Source: Ministeria vibrans ATCC 50519
Lineage: Eukaryota; Protista; Filasterea
Length of the DNA: 64,000 nucleotides
Assembly (NCBI GenBank): GCA_943704425.1
Contig: CALSCP010002457.1
Coordinates: 1 to 64,000, forward strand
Reading direction: 5' to 3'
In this document: one piece after another, positions 61,030 to 64,000 of the stretch
How positions within the stretch are numbered: the stretch's first letter is position 1
Layout of the letters: the number at the start of each line of letters is the position of its first letter
Made by a program: the position numbers and the translations under genes
Notes under the pieces: model-generated
Databases searched by the model: none
What the model saw: the letters and a program-made list of their open reading frames with translations, nothing else
What the model was told of the DNA's origin: nothing

Positions 61030-64000
61030 GCCTTTGAATTTATTTATCTTTCAAGGGTTGCACTGACTGTGCCGCTGGAAAGTACTCGAATACGGGAACT
61101 GATGTAAGCTCAAAAAGCACTACTGCATTTCAAGAAATAATATCAATTTTTTCGTTGTAGTCCTCCTGTCGCAACTGTCCCGTCGGCTACTACTGTCCCG
61201 GCGCCAAGACCCGTTACGCGTGTGATGCCGGCAAGGCACAACCTAGTTCCACACAATCGTCATGCCCTGCCTGCGCTGCAGGCAGGTATGCTGCATCAAA
61301 GGCAGCCAGCAGTTGGTACGAGTTATCTTTGCCTCCTTTCTCTTTCTTTCTTCCCTTATTTTTCTCTATTGTAGCGTCCAGTGTTCAGCCACCAAGTTCC
61401 AACCCTTGACTGGACAGTCAACATGCCGTCCTTGCTACCACACGGCATCGTCGTCGACTGACTTTGCTTCCTGCCATTGTGCTACCGGCGCTGTCTCCAA
61501 GACTGGTTGCTTCCCTTTCTCGGTGTGTGGAAATGACGATAACGAGACTTTTTAACTTCTTTTTTTTGTCTCTACATTAGATTAAGTACGGTTGCTCTAA
61601 ACGCGACTCGATCGTCACCGAACTCCAGATGACGAATACTCCGGCCGCTTACTGGAAGGTGAAGCCTCGCTTTGACGGCGACTTTGGTACCGAGGTGATG
61701 AAGTCAGGTAAACAGTCTGTCTCCCTCACTCTGGCTGGGTACGAGCCGACTCTCACGCAGAATCTTGTCAATGGTGTTGTTCACCCGGTACGACCATTCT
61801 CCAAACAGATTTTCGAATAGGGATCCTGACACCACTGCTTGCTCTTCTTACTCGTACTCTAGGGTGGCCAATTTGACGTTTGGTACAACGATTTCTACTC
61901 GATGGTTCCCTTCCCCTGTGGCTGCAATACGCGACCTCGTGTCTGTGCAAAAGTAGCCTCCCGTCGTCGCCGCCGTTACTACACAACGTATTCCACATCC
62001 ACGAAAATTACCCCCGAGCAAGTGGACGACGCGCCGCGCAACATTGAAGTCAAACAAAATCGAGGCCTGATCACCTTCACCTGGGTCGTCTACTCGCAGT
62101 GTGCTGTCCAGTACGAGCTTACCCGCAAGCTTGTTGGCTCTTCGGATTCCGCTCAGATCTTTACAGACCTCGTACATGTGCCCGAAAGCGAAGTCGTCCA
62201 GTCTTGTAACACAAAGATCAGTCCCGTCAATAGCTTTGACGACGTGCGTCTGAGCGAGCTACAACTCGGCTCTACCTACTCCTACTGTGTCACCGGTACC
62301 AACATCGATTACACGTCCAAGGTCGCGTGCAAGAGCCACGTGGTGCACTTCAACAGTCGTGTCCACGTCGACGTCATCACCATGCGCGGTGAACGACCTG
62401 TCGAAAAGGCCGAGGTAACTTGGGCTATCGAATCGGCGCCCTCGTCATGCGGTGCGTCTTCTTCTGGCAAAGCCGCAGAGCTTACCAACAAGCTGGGTCA
62501 GACCCACTTCTACATGGCGCCCATCTGCCTCACCGCCTCCAAGTATATTGTCAAGGTGACCGTATCCAAGCGCACCGACGGCAATCCCCACATCTTCAAG
62601 TGTGCTGATGGCAGCATCTGCGACAGCATTGAAATCGAAGTTGAACATCTCAACTTTGATCACAAGATTGTCTTCCGTGACGCCAGCACTGCTCCCGTCT
62701 CAGGTTAGGAAACGATCGAAAAATATATATCCAAAGTGCTAATTTTTGTTTTTGTTTTTGCCTTCCTCCCTCTCACTTTGTCCCATTTTTCCTTCTGTTG
62801 CTTTCACCTCAACTATATATATATTATATATATATATATCTCTCTCGATCTCGATCTTGATCTTGATCTTGATCTTTATCTCGTCTTTTTTCAATCTTTC
62901 TTTCTTTCCTTCTCTCTTTCCTTCTTTCTTTCCTACTTTCTTTCCCTTTCGGCTAGGCACTGTCAAGGTCCCGTTCAAGGTTCACAAGTCAGTCGTGGTT
63001 GACACTAGCACGGTAGAACGACGTGACGCTAAAAGCGCCCGCCGTTCGCCGTCGAGTACTCTTGGTGAGGGACTCGAACACACCAGTGTGACCTTCGCCG
63101 TGCCCGACGAGTCCTCCTTTGTTCAGCGACCCCTGGCCACCGAGCCCGTTGTCGACCCTGCCGCAGACAGTGTTGAGGATGACGCCGAGGCTATCAAATT
63201 GTCGGCGCGCTCCTCCAAGGCACCCACTCACATTTCTCTTCCCGACACCGCCTTCTCAGGCTCGTCTGTGGTCGTCAGCGACGCTGCTTCCGCCAACGCC
63301 TGCCAAACCGAATGCGATGGCATGACCATGTGCTTTGGCTTCTCGTTCCTGGCCGTCGCTGACGTGGGCGGCTTCAAGTGTCGCCTGCAGCTCTCCAGCA
63401 CCTTCAAGCCCGTCTTCTCCGAGGGCTCCACCTCCACCTGCTCAGCGCTGCACACCGACAAGACTGTCTGCGACCAGCAGGGATGCATCCCCGGCTGGAC
63501 TGGCCTCACATGTAACACGCGCACTCGCCACCAGAAGACGTTTTACTCGGGCTCGGCCATTGCCACAACCTCAACCAAGGCCACCGTCGACTTGTGCATG
63601 TCGTCTTGTGACTCCAACTCTAAATGCACCGCTTGGTCGTACCAGGGCACCACGTGTACCCACCAACTCGACAAGGTCTGGACCCATCCTGGCGGCATTG
63701 TGTACAAGAATAATGCCCAGAGTGGCTGTGCCAAGCAGTTTGCCAAAGACATTTCCTTCTCCGTCATCTGTGGTCAGAAGGCCGCGTGCAAGCCTGGTCA
63801 GATGGCTCCTCCCAACTCGGCCGTCTGCACCGAGCGTCAGCTTCTGACCACCTCACTTATGGGCACCGCCGACCTGCGTGCGCCCGCCGCCACTGCCGTT
63901 GTCTGCGCCGCCCGCTGCGAGGCTGCCCAGGACGAGTGTGCCGCCTGGACTTTTTGTCCTTCGTGTGTCACCGACAAGAAGTACCCGTGTCAGCTGTACA
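60519..64000 (+). CDS. Large Cys-rich extracellular-type protein (GCC2/TNFR-like Cys repeats, FnIII-like and beta-sandwich domains, PAN/Apple and EGF-like modules); 5' end uncertain, continues beyond the window
   Basis: Spliced exons give CTDCAAGKYS, CRNCPVGYYCPG, CPACAAGRY, PRNIEV..TFTW..Y.YCV, ACQTECDGMTMCFGFSF, CIPGWTGLTC, LCMSSCDSNSKCTAWSY, VCAARCEAAQDECAAWTF. Confidence 0.75.

Overview
Eukaryotic genomic DNA: gene-dense, standard genetic code, short GT-AG spliceosomal introns, microsatellite-rich introns and two assembly gaps. The gene content (PH-Akt, class I eIF4E, MORN5, TFIIE-beta, VPS13D-type, and ZNF106-, GATAD1- and MED30-like genes) suggests a unicellular eukaryote, possibly holozoan/opisthokont (inference). 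Positions 1-10 kb are an intron-poor accessory block. It holds a degenerate PIF/Harbinger transposase, a convergent pair of signal-anchored enzymes (GT8 glycosyltransferase; PhyH dioxygenase-bicupin), and a caspase-family (C14) protease that a 74-bp intron appears to join to a transmembrane helix and a Cys-containing ectodomain, giving a receptor-like membrane caspase. Positions 10-43 kb are mostly housekeeping genes plus several oddities: tandem cathepsin Z, an MLKL/RPW8-like helical-bundle gene, an Akt with no apparent hydrophobic motif, a hidden mini-MED30, and an RRM-WD40-C2H2-DnaJ protein. Positions 43-60 kb encode a ~5600-aa VPS13D-like lipid-transfer protein extended by about six tandem tectonin-like beta-propellers. 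The window ends inside a large Cys-rich/PAN-domain surface protein. All family calls come from motif recognition by eye; no database searches were run.
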